Made by a program: the position numbers and the translations under genes
Source: Azolla caroliniana
Taxonomy: Eukaryota; Plantae; Polypodiophyta
NCBI GenBank assembly: GCA_043228905.1
Contig: JBHGNT010000011.1
Span: 21,576,001 to 21,640,000, forward strand
Direction: 5' to 3'
DNA: 64,000 bases
Part shown: in pieces, positions 1 through 11,710 of the stretch
Numbering within the stretch: the first letter of the stretch is position 1
Layout: each line of letters begins with the position of its first letter
The notes under the pieces: model-generated
Told to the model about the DNA's origin: nothing
Database searches by the model: none
Seen by the model: the letters and a program-made list of their open reading frames with translations, nothing else

Positions 1-875
1 ACAAGAAGCGCTAAAAAGAGGGAGACAGAAAGTCCAAAAATGGTAAGCCTTGACATTGAAAAAGGTAAGGATAAGAAGAGTCCCTTGTTCAAATTATTAT
101 CTGATATTGAAGCTTCAACTGATTTAAAAAAAGTATTGGAAGAAAGAATTTTAGATAGCAAAATGGAACTTTCCTTGGTGGAACTTTTGGGCATAGCTAA
201 AAAACAATTTCATGATGCAATAATAGATGGAATTAAAAGAAAATGACAAAATATTGAAGCCGCAGAAAACCCAGGAAGTGAAGTAAAGAAAGCAATGGTG
301 GAAGTTCTCAAAGGTGAACCAAGCTCTTCCATTGTTGGTACACAAGCTATTGCGACGACAACTTTTGAAGAGAAGCCGAAAGAGCTAAAAAGCTACTATG
401 CTAAGAAACATTGGGCAAGAGCAACAACTGAGACACCTGTGAAGATCCAGTCGTGGCCTTAATTGACCACGACTAAAAAATTAATCTAATTTCTTATGAT
501 ATTTATAGGAAAGGCGGATGACCAATGGAAATGAATCATGGGTGGAGGGTAAAATTGGCTAATTCAATGACCGAGCGACTTCATGGAGCTTGCCCAAACA
601 TCAAAGTCACCATTGGAGATGTGCCAATGGAGCAACATTTCTTTGTCCAAAAGACCTCATTATACCCAGTGATTCTTGGTCAACCATATATCACATCTTT
701 TAGGATGGAGACAAAGGTGCTTGAAGATGGCTCAACATATGCTAGAATTCAGAGTACTGATGATAAAAGGAGTGCTCAATTTCTTACTGTTAGGTAGGAG
801 CATGATAGAAATAAAGAAGAATTACGAATTAACTCATATGAGCATGATATGTCATCTTATGAGTCGGATTTTTAA
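1..875 (+). pseudogene. gag C-terminus and aspartic protease of element 1 (disrupted)
   Basis: Segments ...LKKVLEERILDSKMELSL..., HWARATTETPV, ALIDH and QHFFVQ..YPVILGQPY align with ORF 7645..8478(-). The frame ends GAT TTT TAA at 875. Confidence 0.85.
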
Positions 876-1087
876 ATAGGATCATTGATGGGAAGGGACG
901 CAATGGTCCCAAAGCTTTTCTTTCCTTGCAAAAATGTTTTCCAATTAATAAAACATACTTTGTCTAATAAAATGGATGGATTTACTTGTTACTTTGGTGT
1001 GGAAAGTCATGCACAAAATAAAGGGAGTAGGAAGATGTTGGATGCATTGTGCACTTCAGGGATGATTGAATGGGATGACATTTAGAT

Positions 1088-4000
1088 GTGGATATAGTCA
1101 AAATATTAGAAAATTGCTTGAATGAGAAAGAATGCGACAAGAGATTTGTTCATGTAAATTCTGTTGATATGTACCTTCATATTGTTGATTTTATTGAAAA
1201 AAATGGTTGTATAGCTAATAGCGAAATGGTTGGAAATAGCTATCATGAAATGGCTAAAAAAGCAAGTAAAAATAACTATGCAATAAAAGTTAACACTAAA
1301 TATAAAACAATAGACAAAAAGGTCAAGCCCGTGGCCATGCATCTACTATGGATAGTACTGAAATGAAAAAGAATGTCGCGTTTGAGCCAACATTGTGGGA
1401 TTCTAAGGATATTGGTCATAAGTTTACAAATGCTACTCTAGATCAACTAAAAATTGGTGAGAATGATTTTCTTTTGCCTGTTGAGATACAATGTTTTCGA
1501 AATATGATTGCTAGTAATGGGAAAACGTTTGCATTTGAGTTGAGTGAAATTGGTTGTGTAGACCCAATAGTTGTGGAACTAATGATTATATTTATAGTTC
1601 TGCATATTCCTTGGAATTTAAGGCCTATCCTTGTTCCTCGAGCCCAAATACTGCTAGTAATAACTTTGTCTAAGGAAAAAATAGAAATGGGTATCTTGGA
1701 GCCATCAGATGACCCGTACTCAAATAAGTGGTTTATTGTACCTAAAAAGAACGGTTCATTAAGGTTCATTAAGGATTTACAGCCTATCAATAGAGTTACT
1801 ATTCGAAACATCGGTGTTGGACCGATTGTAGATGCCTTTGCAGAAGCTTTTGCAAGAAGAGCTATATATTCTATGTGTGATTTGTATTCAGGATATGATA
1901 AATTTCAGCTTGCTATTGATAGTCGTGATATAACTACTATACGAACACCAATTGGATTGATGCGAATGTGTACATTGCCTCAAGGTGCTACAAATTCTGT
2001 AGCACATATGGTGAATGCTATGAATAAAATTTTAAGAGATTTTGTGCCAAAAATAACTATGCCTTTTCTAGATGATGTTCCAATTAAATGATGCTCGATG
2101 AATAAGAAGGATGAAAAACTCATGCCAAACGGATGTAGAAAGTTTGTTGCAGACCACATTGGTGCTTGTGAAGGAATCCTTTCAAGGTTAGAAGAGGTTC
2201 ATCTTACATTTTCAAGTAAAAAACCTATGTTTGGGGTTCCTGAAGTTCTGATTGTAGGGCACATGTGTGAACCCTACGGAAGAAAGCCATCCCCAATTAA
2301 GGTAAATGCAATTCAAAATCTGAAGGATGATTGTAAATCTCTAACAAAAGTGCGTAGGTTTTTGGGTGCTTGTGTGTTTTCCGAATTTGGATTCGACATT
2401 TCGCACATGTGGCTTATCCGCTTTATGTGCGACATGTGGCTTATCCGCTTAAGAAGAATTCAAGTTTCCTTTGTACTAATGTACATAAAGATGCAATTCG
2501 CCAACTAAAGGAAATGTTGTTGAATTGTTTTACGGAAGGCTAGGTATGATAACGAACACCCCATCATTGTTACTGTGGATACAAGTCCAATCGGGATCGG
2601 TTGGGCTGTTAGCCAAGAAGAGAAGGATGGGTTGAGATATGCAGTTCGATTTGGTGCAAAAATCTTAACAGAATGCGAAAGAGTTATGGGGTATGTTAAC
2701 AACTATTAAAATAGATCGTGAATACTTAATTGGTGCTGAAGTTGTGGTTGAAACACATTTGTCATCCATTGCTAGGAATGATTTCAAGTTATGAAACATC
2801 TGATATAGCTATGCTTAGATGGATAGTTTACATAAAATCACTATGTCCTGAAATCAAGCACATTGCAGGAACGGATAACCCATTTGCCGATATGCTCTCA
2901 AGAGCGAGGTTTAAAGGTAAAAATACTATGGTAATGACTGATGAAGAAGATGAGAGTTTTGATTTCTTTTCCATAAATTGTAACTTGAAGGGGTCATGTG
3001 ATTTGGGTGTTCATGTTATTCTTCGTGAATTTGAGTACGAGGGGGAGATGTTACAAATTGGAAAATACTTGAGTACTCATGAGAAAGATGGAACATGGTC
3101 AAGGGAGCTATTTCATAAAATAAGAAAAAAAGCTTATAAATTTTCTCTTCATGAGGGGTATCTTTGGAGACATCCAAAAGTTGTGAAAGGGATTCCGCAA
3201 AGGATGGTTGGAAGAAGGGAAGAGCAACAAAAACTAATATTTGAATTTCATGATGCTTTATGGGCAGGTCATCGTGGAGTTTGGGCCACCTATTCAAAAT
3301 TAAAAGAGAAGTTTTGGTGGGTTGGAATGTACAACGATGTTGCAGATTATGTACAATCATGTGAGAACTGCCAAATTATTCAAATATTCGGCATCGTGAT
3401 GGGTTGCAACCTACTTATTCTTTATCTCTACATTATAAATGGGTTGTGGATATTGTAATGATGCATGTAGGGGTTTGGCAAATGAGATATCTTGTATTGG
3501 CAAGAGAAGATTTGACAAATCAAGTGGAAGGCCGAGCCCTACGCCAAAAAACCACTTCAGATGTTTGTATGTTCCTTCTTGAAGATGTGATATGTAGGTA
3601 CGGGTGCATTGGGAAGATTGTTGCAGACAGAGGAGAACTAGATTCTAACGAAGCTGAACAATTTTTTTCAAGAATGGGAATTCTACTATCCTTAACTACG
3701 ACATATAACCTTGAAGCTAATGGGAAGGCTGAGCGTGGACATAGCCCTATAGTAAAAGCTTTGGTGAAAGCTTGTGATGGCAAGATAGCTAACTGGCCTC
3801 ATCTATTACTGTATGCACTATGGGCTGACCGCACTACTCACAGTTTCGTAATTGGCTTTATGCCATCAGAATTGATACTTGGTCAAAAGCCAATTATGCC
3901 AGTAGAGCAATCGATATTTTCTTGGGTTTCCTTGCCATGGGCAAATGAAATGAGTCGAGAAGATTTGCTTCCTCTTAGAATAAGACAACTAGAAAGAAAG

Positions 4001-4396
4001 GATGAAGATGTTCAAATAGCTACGGAAAGGATGAAACAATGTCAACTACGGAACAAAGAAAGATTTGATAAAACCCATCGCCTTCGACCAAGAAAGCTCC
4101 AAGAAGGTGATTGGGTCATAGTTTATGATAGCAGCTTGGATAACCAACATAGTACTTCTCGCAAATTTTCCAAAAGATGGTTCGATCCATATATCATTAG
4201 ACAAGTGAATAAAAATGCAACGTATTTCCTAATTGAAATGGATGGAGTTGCTTTAAAGTTACCAATTGCAGGAAAGCGAATTAAGCTATTCAAGAGAAGG
4301 GAAGATCAAAGCACTAACTTCCTCAACGAAGATGACATCCATGAAGCTGAAGAAGGAGACATTCATTGGCTCATGCTAGAGGATGTGCAGGTCTAG
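1088..4396 (+). pseudogene. pol (RT, RNase H, integrase) of element 1, with frameshifts and stops
   Basis: RT motifs DLYSGY, LPQGATNS and PFLDDVPIK. RNase H motif VTVDTSPIGIGW. Integrase zinc finger H..AGHRG...C..C and core VADRGE / YNLEANGKAERGH. Confidence 0.93.
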
Positions 4397-4400
4397 TTCT

Positions 4401-4412
4401 AAAGGGGGAGGA
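4401..4412 (+). other. Polypurine tract of element 1
   Basis: AAAGGGGGAGGA lies just after the integrase stop and directly before TGTCGTGA. Confidence 0.85.
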
Positions 4413-5293
4413 TGTCGTGACATTTCCATGCCACGACAGGGTTTCGGGCACACTTCATTTAAAAAATGAGTAGAGCACACTTCTTTTAAAAAATGAGTAA
4501 GGTTTCTCATAAAATGTAACAAATGAAATATTCTCTCTCGTTTAAGCAAATGTTATTAGAGAAACGTAAATTATTCATTGATCAATTCCTTGTTTTTACA
4601 TTTTGGCCTCATTTAACATTTTTCTAAATATAGCAATAATTAACATTAATTATGCAAACTCACAATTATCAAACCAAACTCGAAAATTTTATTGAACTTT
4701 TCTATGCATTTCATTTATCTAAAAAATATATGTTCGAGGTCAAAATGACGATTGGCATTTTTATATCCACTCTTCTTCTACTCTCTTAAGTCCTCATTGT
4801 TGGGCTATAAACCCCATGGAAATTTGAGAGTCTATTAATTAATTGAGTAATTAAGGGTGTTTGTTAAGTATCAATCAACGAATTGCATGTCAACATCTTG
4901 AGTCTCTTGGAGGATACTTTACACTTCCCAACTTTCAACTTGATATTCCACTTCAACCAAACAATTCTGTCTGACGAGAAGCCACTTCACAATGCCTTTT
5001 CACCGTCTAAGGTTATATTTGACCAACATACAATCAAGAAACGTTTGGCAATTAAGGTCATTCAACTTGCTAATGTCCTCCTCAACGTCTCGAACTACTC
5101 GTAGCCTACCAGTGAAGACAACAATGTGTTATATTTGTTTCCTTAATACCGTGATGAAGACAATGATGATCGTTGTTCATGAGCATGGCCCACCGAAACT
5201 CAAAGTTTTACCTCTTAGTCTACCTCCAATTTTGAAAAGGAAATGTTTTTGCAATCAAATTAGTGGTGTGTTGTCTTAATCTACGAGTTATTG

Positions 5294-7190
5294 TATTAAA
5301 TATGAGTAACTAGTCTTAACCCCATGTAACTGTAAGGAAATGAGAGGCACATGAACAAAAATAAGGAGAATTGCAACTGCTATGTAATAGATAATAAGAT
5401 GGGATTACAGGCTGGAATACAACTACAAGAGTTAATTGCTACATTAGCTAGAACATAAAAAATACAACAATCTAACGTTCCTAGCTTCCACCTTATATAA
5501 TAGAGGAAGTGGAGGGAACATTGGATGTGTTTGAAAAGTACAATTACTAATAGAAAAAGAAAAGTTTAACACTAATAGTTAATAATAGTAACTAATGTAG
5601 ATGTGGTGTAGAGTTAATGTGGCAACTAAAAGTAGTTGCTTTGAAACTGTTTTGTTGTTTCTAACACCCTCTCGTAACTCTAGCACCACATTTGAGGCCA
5701 ACATGTTGGTAACAAGACCAATATTTGTCAGCAACACTAGTTTGGTCAAGAAATCTGCCCACATGTGGAGGGTAGGAGTATAATTATGGCAAATGGTACC
5801 ATCCTCAAATAATTCACACAAAAAATGATAGTAGGCCCAAATGTGCTTGTTCTGTTCAGTGATATTTGGATTCCGTTGTCGTGAAGATTTCTGGTTACGG
5901 TGAGAAAACCGGGAGGGACAAATAAAATGGGGATGTGCAACATTGCACATGCACTTGTAAATTTGTGTAATAAGAATAAGTAAACAAATGTAATGGGAAG
6001 GGTAATAATCGAAGGTGCTAAAGGTGCACTACGAAGTTTGTAGAGGCATAAATGTGATGTGTACTTTGTAGAGTAAAATGAGTAGTGGGCATTGAGAGTG
6101 AATGTGATAGGAGAGAGAGAGTTAAGGCCCACCGATTTAAGATCATGGGAGATATTCCCCATTAAAGGAAAGGGGATTTGACTCCCTCTTGTAATGTGCT
6201 CACCCCTTACTACTATAAAAGGGAGTGAGGGTTCACTTGTGAAGGGGTTGCCTATTTTGAGTGAGAGAGGTATACCACTTAGGTCGAGGGGTTCTATTCG
6301 GTTTTAAGGGTTTCTTCTAGGGTTTTCTTCGTGGGTTTCTTTTAGGGTTTCTATGCTTCTTGGCTTACTTATCCAATTAGGGTTTTCTTGTAGTCGTTTT
6401 TGGTTGTGGCCAATGCGGCCTTGGTTGTAATCTTTTGTGAACTCTTAATATAACATGTTGATGTTTCTTGTCTTGTGGGTGTATCTTGCCTCCATCTATT
6501 CTATTCTATGCTTATGTGCTATTCTTCCTCTTCTCCTCTTGAGCTAAGCTTCCATTTTGTGTCTTATTCCTTCTCCTCTACTTCCTAGTCCAAGACCCCC
6601 GTGGTCTCGCCTCGGATCCAACACGTACTCGCGGGAAACCGCGACACCGTGCTAGCGTAATGCATGACTTATTATCACACCAAAGCTGGAACTTATTAAT
6701 GTGGATAATGTTGAGTTCATCGAAAATGGAATTTAGCCAAAGTCCCTCTTTAGCGACCAAGGTGGCAACAATATACTTAGCCTTTGTGGAGGACAATGCC
6801 ACCGTAGATTGTTTCTTTGTTTTCCAAGTGATGGCACCGCCATTGAATGTGAAGAGATATCCTGATGTAGATCATGAGGTATCTTTGCCACCACCCCCAG
6901 TCTACATCTATCCTGCCATGTTGTGGAGCCGCCATTCCACCTTTAGAGAAGTCAGACAAGGCTTTGTAAGAGAGGGTCATATCACGTGTATAGTTTTAAG
7001 TACTAGAGGACACGCTTCAAGGCTTCCCAATGACAAGGACTTGGATGCTCCATAAAACGTGATAGAAAACCTGTGGAGAATGATAGGTTAGGGCGAATGC
7101 AACTCACTAAGTACTACAAACTACCAAGAATTTGGTGATATGGTATATTTTTCATAAAAGCAACTTCTTCAAGAGTAGAGGGGGAGTCGG
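5294..7190 (-). mobile_element. Degenerate Ty1/copia 3' part (RT end, RNase H, PPT, 3' LTR), interrupted by solo LTR C
   Basis: Copia RNase H motifs ALSSTKAKY..EGLWL, WCDNKSCITLAR|NPN..NKHI and ADFLTK. PPT GAGAGGG then TGTTAG at 5666(-). Outer ends are approximate. Confidence 0.8.
5877..6646 (+). mobile_element. Solo LTR C of the TGTCGTGA gypsy clan
   Basis: Termini TGTCGTGAAG...CCGCGACA. 4-bp TSD CCGT at 5873-5876 and 6647-6650. Excising it restores the copia frame ITLARNPN. Confidence 0.93.
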
Positions 7191-7644
7191 ACCTAGATAG
7201 ATGGCAAGGAACAGTGAGTGGAGGAGCAATCCATCATATCAAACATTTGAAGAATACCATCAACTAATCTATTTTGGTAAAAACAAAAAACAAAAAACCG
7301 ATCTGACCCAAGCCCCTGACTGAAGTTCGCGATGACTTCGTACATCTCTTCGGAACATACTGGTATCATCCGGTCTTCGTTAAGGTCTTCTCCGGCTACC
7401 TTCCTCAGCATTCCCAAGGTGTCGTTGAAGGAGACCGCCTCCATGGCTCCGCTGATTTCCTCGTCCGGGCCGCGAACTCCGCACGCTCGAAGTCGCACTT
7501 CCGCCCTTGCCTTTTCTCGGCCAACGATGCCGACTGTCATACACCCTCCGTTGTTGGAGAAGCAAAATTTTTTACCTATCGTACAACTGTGGGGTCTTTC
7601 CCGAGTGTCCGGACTGTCTTGGCCCCACGCCTTGGCAACCCTCT

Positions 7645-9771
7645 CTAAAAATCCTCCCGGTTCTCGCCACCGAGGGATTCGCGGTTTCGCTCGTGGTTCG
7701 GTCGCACCGTCAGAAATTGGACCGAATGGTGCCCGTCCTGGCTTTTGACCCTTGCGTAGGCCGAACCGTTGTCCAGCACCTTGGTCCCCATTCGCGCCGC
7801 CGTGATGTATGGTTCCCCTAATATGACCGGGTGCGAGGACGTCTCCTGTACGAAGAAGTGCTGGTCAATCTCGACGTCGCCGATCTTGACTCGCACGTTC
7901 GGGTAGGCCCCATGCAGTTCCTCGGTGGCGCGCGTCGCCGCCCGTATCTTCCACCCGTGCTTGGTGTTGATCGGCCACTTTCCCTTCTTATAGAAGTCCA
8001 TGGACATCAGGTTTATTTCCGAACCGTGGTCCACCAGTGCCACCACCGGTTCCTGAACATCTCCGATCTTTACCGGGGTCTCCGTGGTCGCTCGGGCCCA
8101 GTGCGGCCTTGAATAGTGACTCTCCGCCCACTCATCTTCCAGCGCCATGTTGTCGATGTGCGTCGTCCGCACCTCCACCGGTCTTTCCGGTTCCGTCTCC
8201 GTCGACAGCCTCTTCCGTTTCACCAGGTCCACAATGGACTCGTGGAACTCCTTCTTGGCGATCCCTAGCACCTCCCGCAATGACAGCTCCACTTTGCTGT
8301 CGAGGATCCGTTCTTCTAGGACCTTTCGTAGGTCCGTGGTCCTTTCTATTTCCGTCCCCAGTCGGTATCCGCCCTTCCTGGGGTTATCTTGCGCGCTGGA
8401 CCCACCGGCTTCGTTCCGTCGTTGCCCGAATCGGGTCTCGTATCGCTGTGAGGGCCCGGCCGCTCCGACTTTCCCCACTCGTTTGTCTTCTACCAGAGCC
8501 TCGTAGTTCCGGCAGGCGGCTTATACGAAGCCCGTCTTCTCCTCGACCGGGTCGCTCCACCTGGTTATTTCCCAGACCCGTCTCTTAGTGCGGTCCGCTT
8601 CATCTTTCCTCAGCCGTGCGCCGGCGAGGCCTTCCAGCATTGCTGACCAGAATCCGTCTTTGCTCTCCTTTCGGGCCTCGCTGCCCCCGACCCGAATACC
8701 GGCCGACACCGAGTAGTGGATGGCCTCCACGTGTCGGGTCGCTGCCTCTTCCATCAGTCTCTTCATACCTCCTCGCCCGTCGTTTCGGTTTAGGGCCCTT
8801 TTGGTATCGCCGGCATGCACTCGGCCTTCCCACAGGTACACCACCCGGTTCCTCAATGCCTCTGTGAAATCGCCGCAGTCCTTCCGAATGTGGCCGACCT
8901 CGTCGCACCACATGCACATGTTCCCTGCTGTCGGCCGTCGGTCACGAGCCGGTTCGCCGCCTTCCCTTCGAGTCTGGGCGATCTGGAGATCCTTTATCGC
9001 CCGCGTCAACTCCTCCAGCGCTGCTCCTCCGGACGAGTCATCGACCATGCCGGTCGAAGCCGAACCGGTTTCGAGCCACTCCCGGGTCTCTGCCCTTCGC
9101 CCTTGCGGTGCCGGTTCAAGCCTCCTTGTTGTGATAGAGCCCGCACCGGCCGCCCCGTTGTCAGCCCATTCTCACCGTTTGTTGAAACGGCCATAGACTC
9201 TCTTAACCGCAGCCCAGTCGGTCGTCAGTCCGTCTTCGGTTTCGAGCAAGGAGCCGACTTGATCCCGGTCCCGCTCGTCCACCGACTTGACAAACAGTAG
9301 GCCCCGGCTTGTATCCAGAACGGTTCGGTCAAGCATCGAAAGGCGCGCAAAGCGTTCCTCAAACTCCCGGAGGAGTGCCGACGTGTTTCTTCCCTTGCCG
9401 AGGGACTCCACCCATCCCATGAAGTCCCGTTTCGAAAGCCGGAGCGCGTCGTCCAGGCCGTATTTTTCTAGGAGTCGGCCTTCGAACTCCTCCCAGGTAC
9501 GACTCTCCGCCCGTACCTCGAGCACCTCCGCATGGATGCTCGGCATCGCCACTCGAGGGAACCCGGCAAGACGCCTCTCTTCCGGAATGTCCCGCATCAG
9601 CATTTTTGCCCCGTAGGACGCCAAATACTTCGTGGCATCCTTTCCGCTGAACCGGCCGATCGTACCGACGACCACCTCAATGGCTCTGTCGAGGGCGCCG
9701 GTGCCCTCGCGCGCGCTCAATATCTGATCCACGGCTGAAGCCATGGCCTCCGCAAGATCCGACCCCTTCAT
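7645..9771 (-). pseudogene. Gag-protease polyprotein of element A (single frame, two premature stops)
   Basis: ORFs 9172..9951, 8521..9048 and 7645..8478 share one frame. Zinc knuckle CMWCDEVGHIRKDC and protease motif VALVDHGSEINLMS. Confidence 0.88.
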
Positions 9772-9793
9772 CTTCTGCTCTTCTGCCGCCTCC

Positions 9794-9811
9794 TTCACGT
9801 CGGGTTCACCA
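9794..9811 (-). other. Primer-binding site (tRNA-Trp) of element A
   Basis: Minus strand reads TGGTGAACCCGACGTGAA, 3 nt from the LTR end. It is complementary to the plant tRNA-Trp 3' end ...TTCACGTCGGGTTCACCA. Confidence 0.85.
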
Positions 9812-10441
9812 AGATATCGAGGTATTCCTCGCGGATGCGTGGAATGAGGCGGAACCTCGGGGGTCTTGTACCGAAGAGCAAGAGAGAAAGGAGAAGGGAA
9901 GGGACCCACTAGGTGCGAGCGTAGATCCACAGGGACACGGCCCTTCGACACGAAGACGCGAGCGGGAAACCAACACAGAGAGACACGAAGGTATGTATGT
10001 ATATATTAACAGAGACAAACAACAAGAAGCACGAAGTCGGTTACAACCGAACAGGCCGGCGAATAGATGCCGATGCCTGTTCGCAAACGCTCAGAAAGAA
10101 AGGAGTAGGTTGGAGGTGCTGCCGAAAGCACTTGGGCATTCCTCAGAGCAGCGCGAGCCTCCCGAAAACTTGCACAGAAAGAAGCTACGGAGTATGGAAG
10201 AGAGAGAAGCCTTCGACCGACAACCCGACAACACTTCGTCCTCTCTGATTCCGTGATTCTTCCCCCCTCCTCGTCTCCCTCCTTTTATAGGCAAGGAAGG
10301 AGCCGTTTCCCATTAACTTCCTACCTACCGAATCTACCTACCCAGGATCTTCTATGTACAACATAAGGCGTACGTGCATGAAGAGCCGGTTCCTACGCTC
10401 CGGTGCACCGATTCCGCTTGTGGACGGTTTTCTTCACGACA

Positions 10442-11076
10442 GCGTGCGTGGAGAAAACGAGGCGGGACCACCGGGGTCTTGAACCGAAGAGCAGGTGATA
10501 GGAGGGGAAAGAGAAAGAGAGAGAGACGATCGGTTACGTATGAGCAAAGAAACACAGGGACACGGCCCGTCAACGCAGAGAACACGAATGGACACAGAGA
10601 CAGAGAGACACGAAAGTTTGTATATTAATGAATAACAAATACACAACAGAGTGCGCGAGCGGTTACAACCGACCAGGCCGGCGAACAGATGCCGATGCGT
10701 GTTCGTTTGCGCACGAAAGGGGATAGGATGGAGGTGCTGCCGGAAGCACACGGGCGTTCCTCGAAGCAGCACGAGCCTCCCGAAAACCTGCAGAGAAGAG
10801 CGATAGAGAACAAACAGAGGAGAAGCGTTCGGTTACGGTCCGACAACACTTCGTCCTCCTCAACGCGCGATCCCTTCTCCCTGCGTCTCCCTCTCCTTTA
10901 TATCGTCAAGAAGGGAGCCGTCTCCCTCATTTACTTCCTACCTACCGAATCTAACTACCCAGGATATACCTATGTACCTAATTCCCTATTATATACATTA
11001 AGGGCGCGCACGCGTGAAGAGCCGGTTCACGCGCGCTATGCACCGATTGCGCTAAGGGACGGTTTTCTTCACGACA
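10442..11076 (-). mobile_element. LTR B of the clan, with its last ~16 bp displaced by insertion of element A
   Basis: Similar along its length to LTR A and starts TGTCGTGAAG at 11076(-). It is cut at GCGT inside the conserved U5 terminal motif. ACGT flanks it at 11077-11080. Confidence 0.85.
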
Positions 11077-11105
11077 ACGTGTTTTACCCTTATACCGCCC
11101 CGTAC

Positions 11106-11680
11106 TGTTGGGATTACGGTCCCTTCGAATGGGATGGTCGGATCCGGACGGGACGGTCCCGGTTTCGGTTTCGGTACCGGATGACGAATGTACCCGGAGA
11201 GCGATCCGGATGCAGGGACATATCCGTGAATATGTTTCCTATGGGCCCATGTGGCTACAGTTGTAAATAGCCCAAAGTCATATAAGTATAAATATGACTT
11301 AGGGCAAACAGTTTTACTGTTGCTTCTTATTTTTTTCTGTTTTTCCACTTTAGAGGAGTGAAGAGGGAGCAGCCGTGCGAGAGAGAGAGAGATAGAGCGC
11401 GAGAGAGGAAGAGGACGACGCCTCTGTGTATTTCCGCCGCCTGTGGCGAGGACAGCGAGCTCAAGGTCGTCGCCTTGAGCTCGTCATTGTATACTTCTCT
11501 TTGTATAGCGTTGTTTGGAGTCTTGTACTCCCGTGGTTTTTTCCCATCTAGGGTTTTCCACGTTAATCCCTGTGTAATCGTGTATTTCTCTCTTTTGGTT
11601 CCTATTTTCTGCTTCATTGATCCGTAACTACTCGGTTGTGGCCGAGTGAAGAAGGTGAATCGAATCGTTGATTCACGACA
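11106..11680 (+). repeat. Copia 5' LTR
   Basis: TGTTGGGA...CACGACA, a direct repeat of 15798-16372. Confidence 0.97.
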
Positions 11681-11683
11681 AAT

Positions 11684-11695
11684 TGGTATCAGAGC
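11684..11695 (+). other. PBS (initiator tRNA-Met)
   Basis: TGGTATCAGAGC, 3 nt after the LTR. Confidence 0.95.
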
Positions 11696-11710
11696 GAACT
11701 GCTGCAGAAA

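Larger units (their letters stand above)
1..4438 (+). mobile_element. Degenerate Ty3/gypsy LTR retrotransposon (element 1; 5' part outside window)
   Basis: Domain order is gag tail, protease, RT, RNase H, integrase, spread over broken ORFs. A purine tract at 4401-4412 is followed by TGTCGTGA, the LTR start shared by this clan. Confidence 0.93.
7308..10441 (-). mobile_element. 3'-truncated gypsy element A (5' LTR 9815-10441, PBS, gag-protease, start of pol)
   Basis: LTR starts TGTCGTGAAG at 10441(-), followed by a tRNA-Trp PBS and a gag with a CCHC knuckle. Composition breaks abruptly near 7308. Confidence 0.9.
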
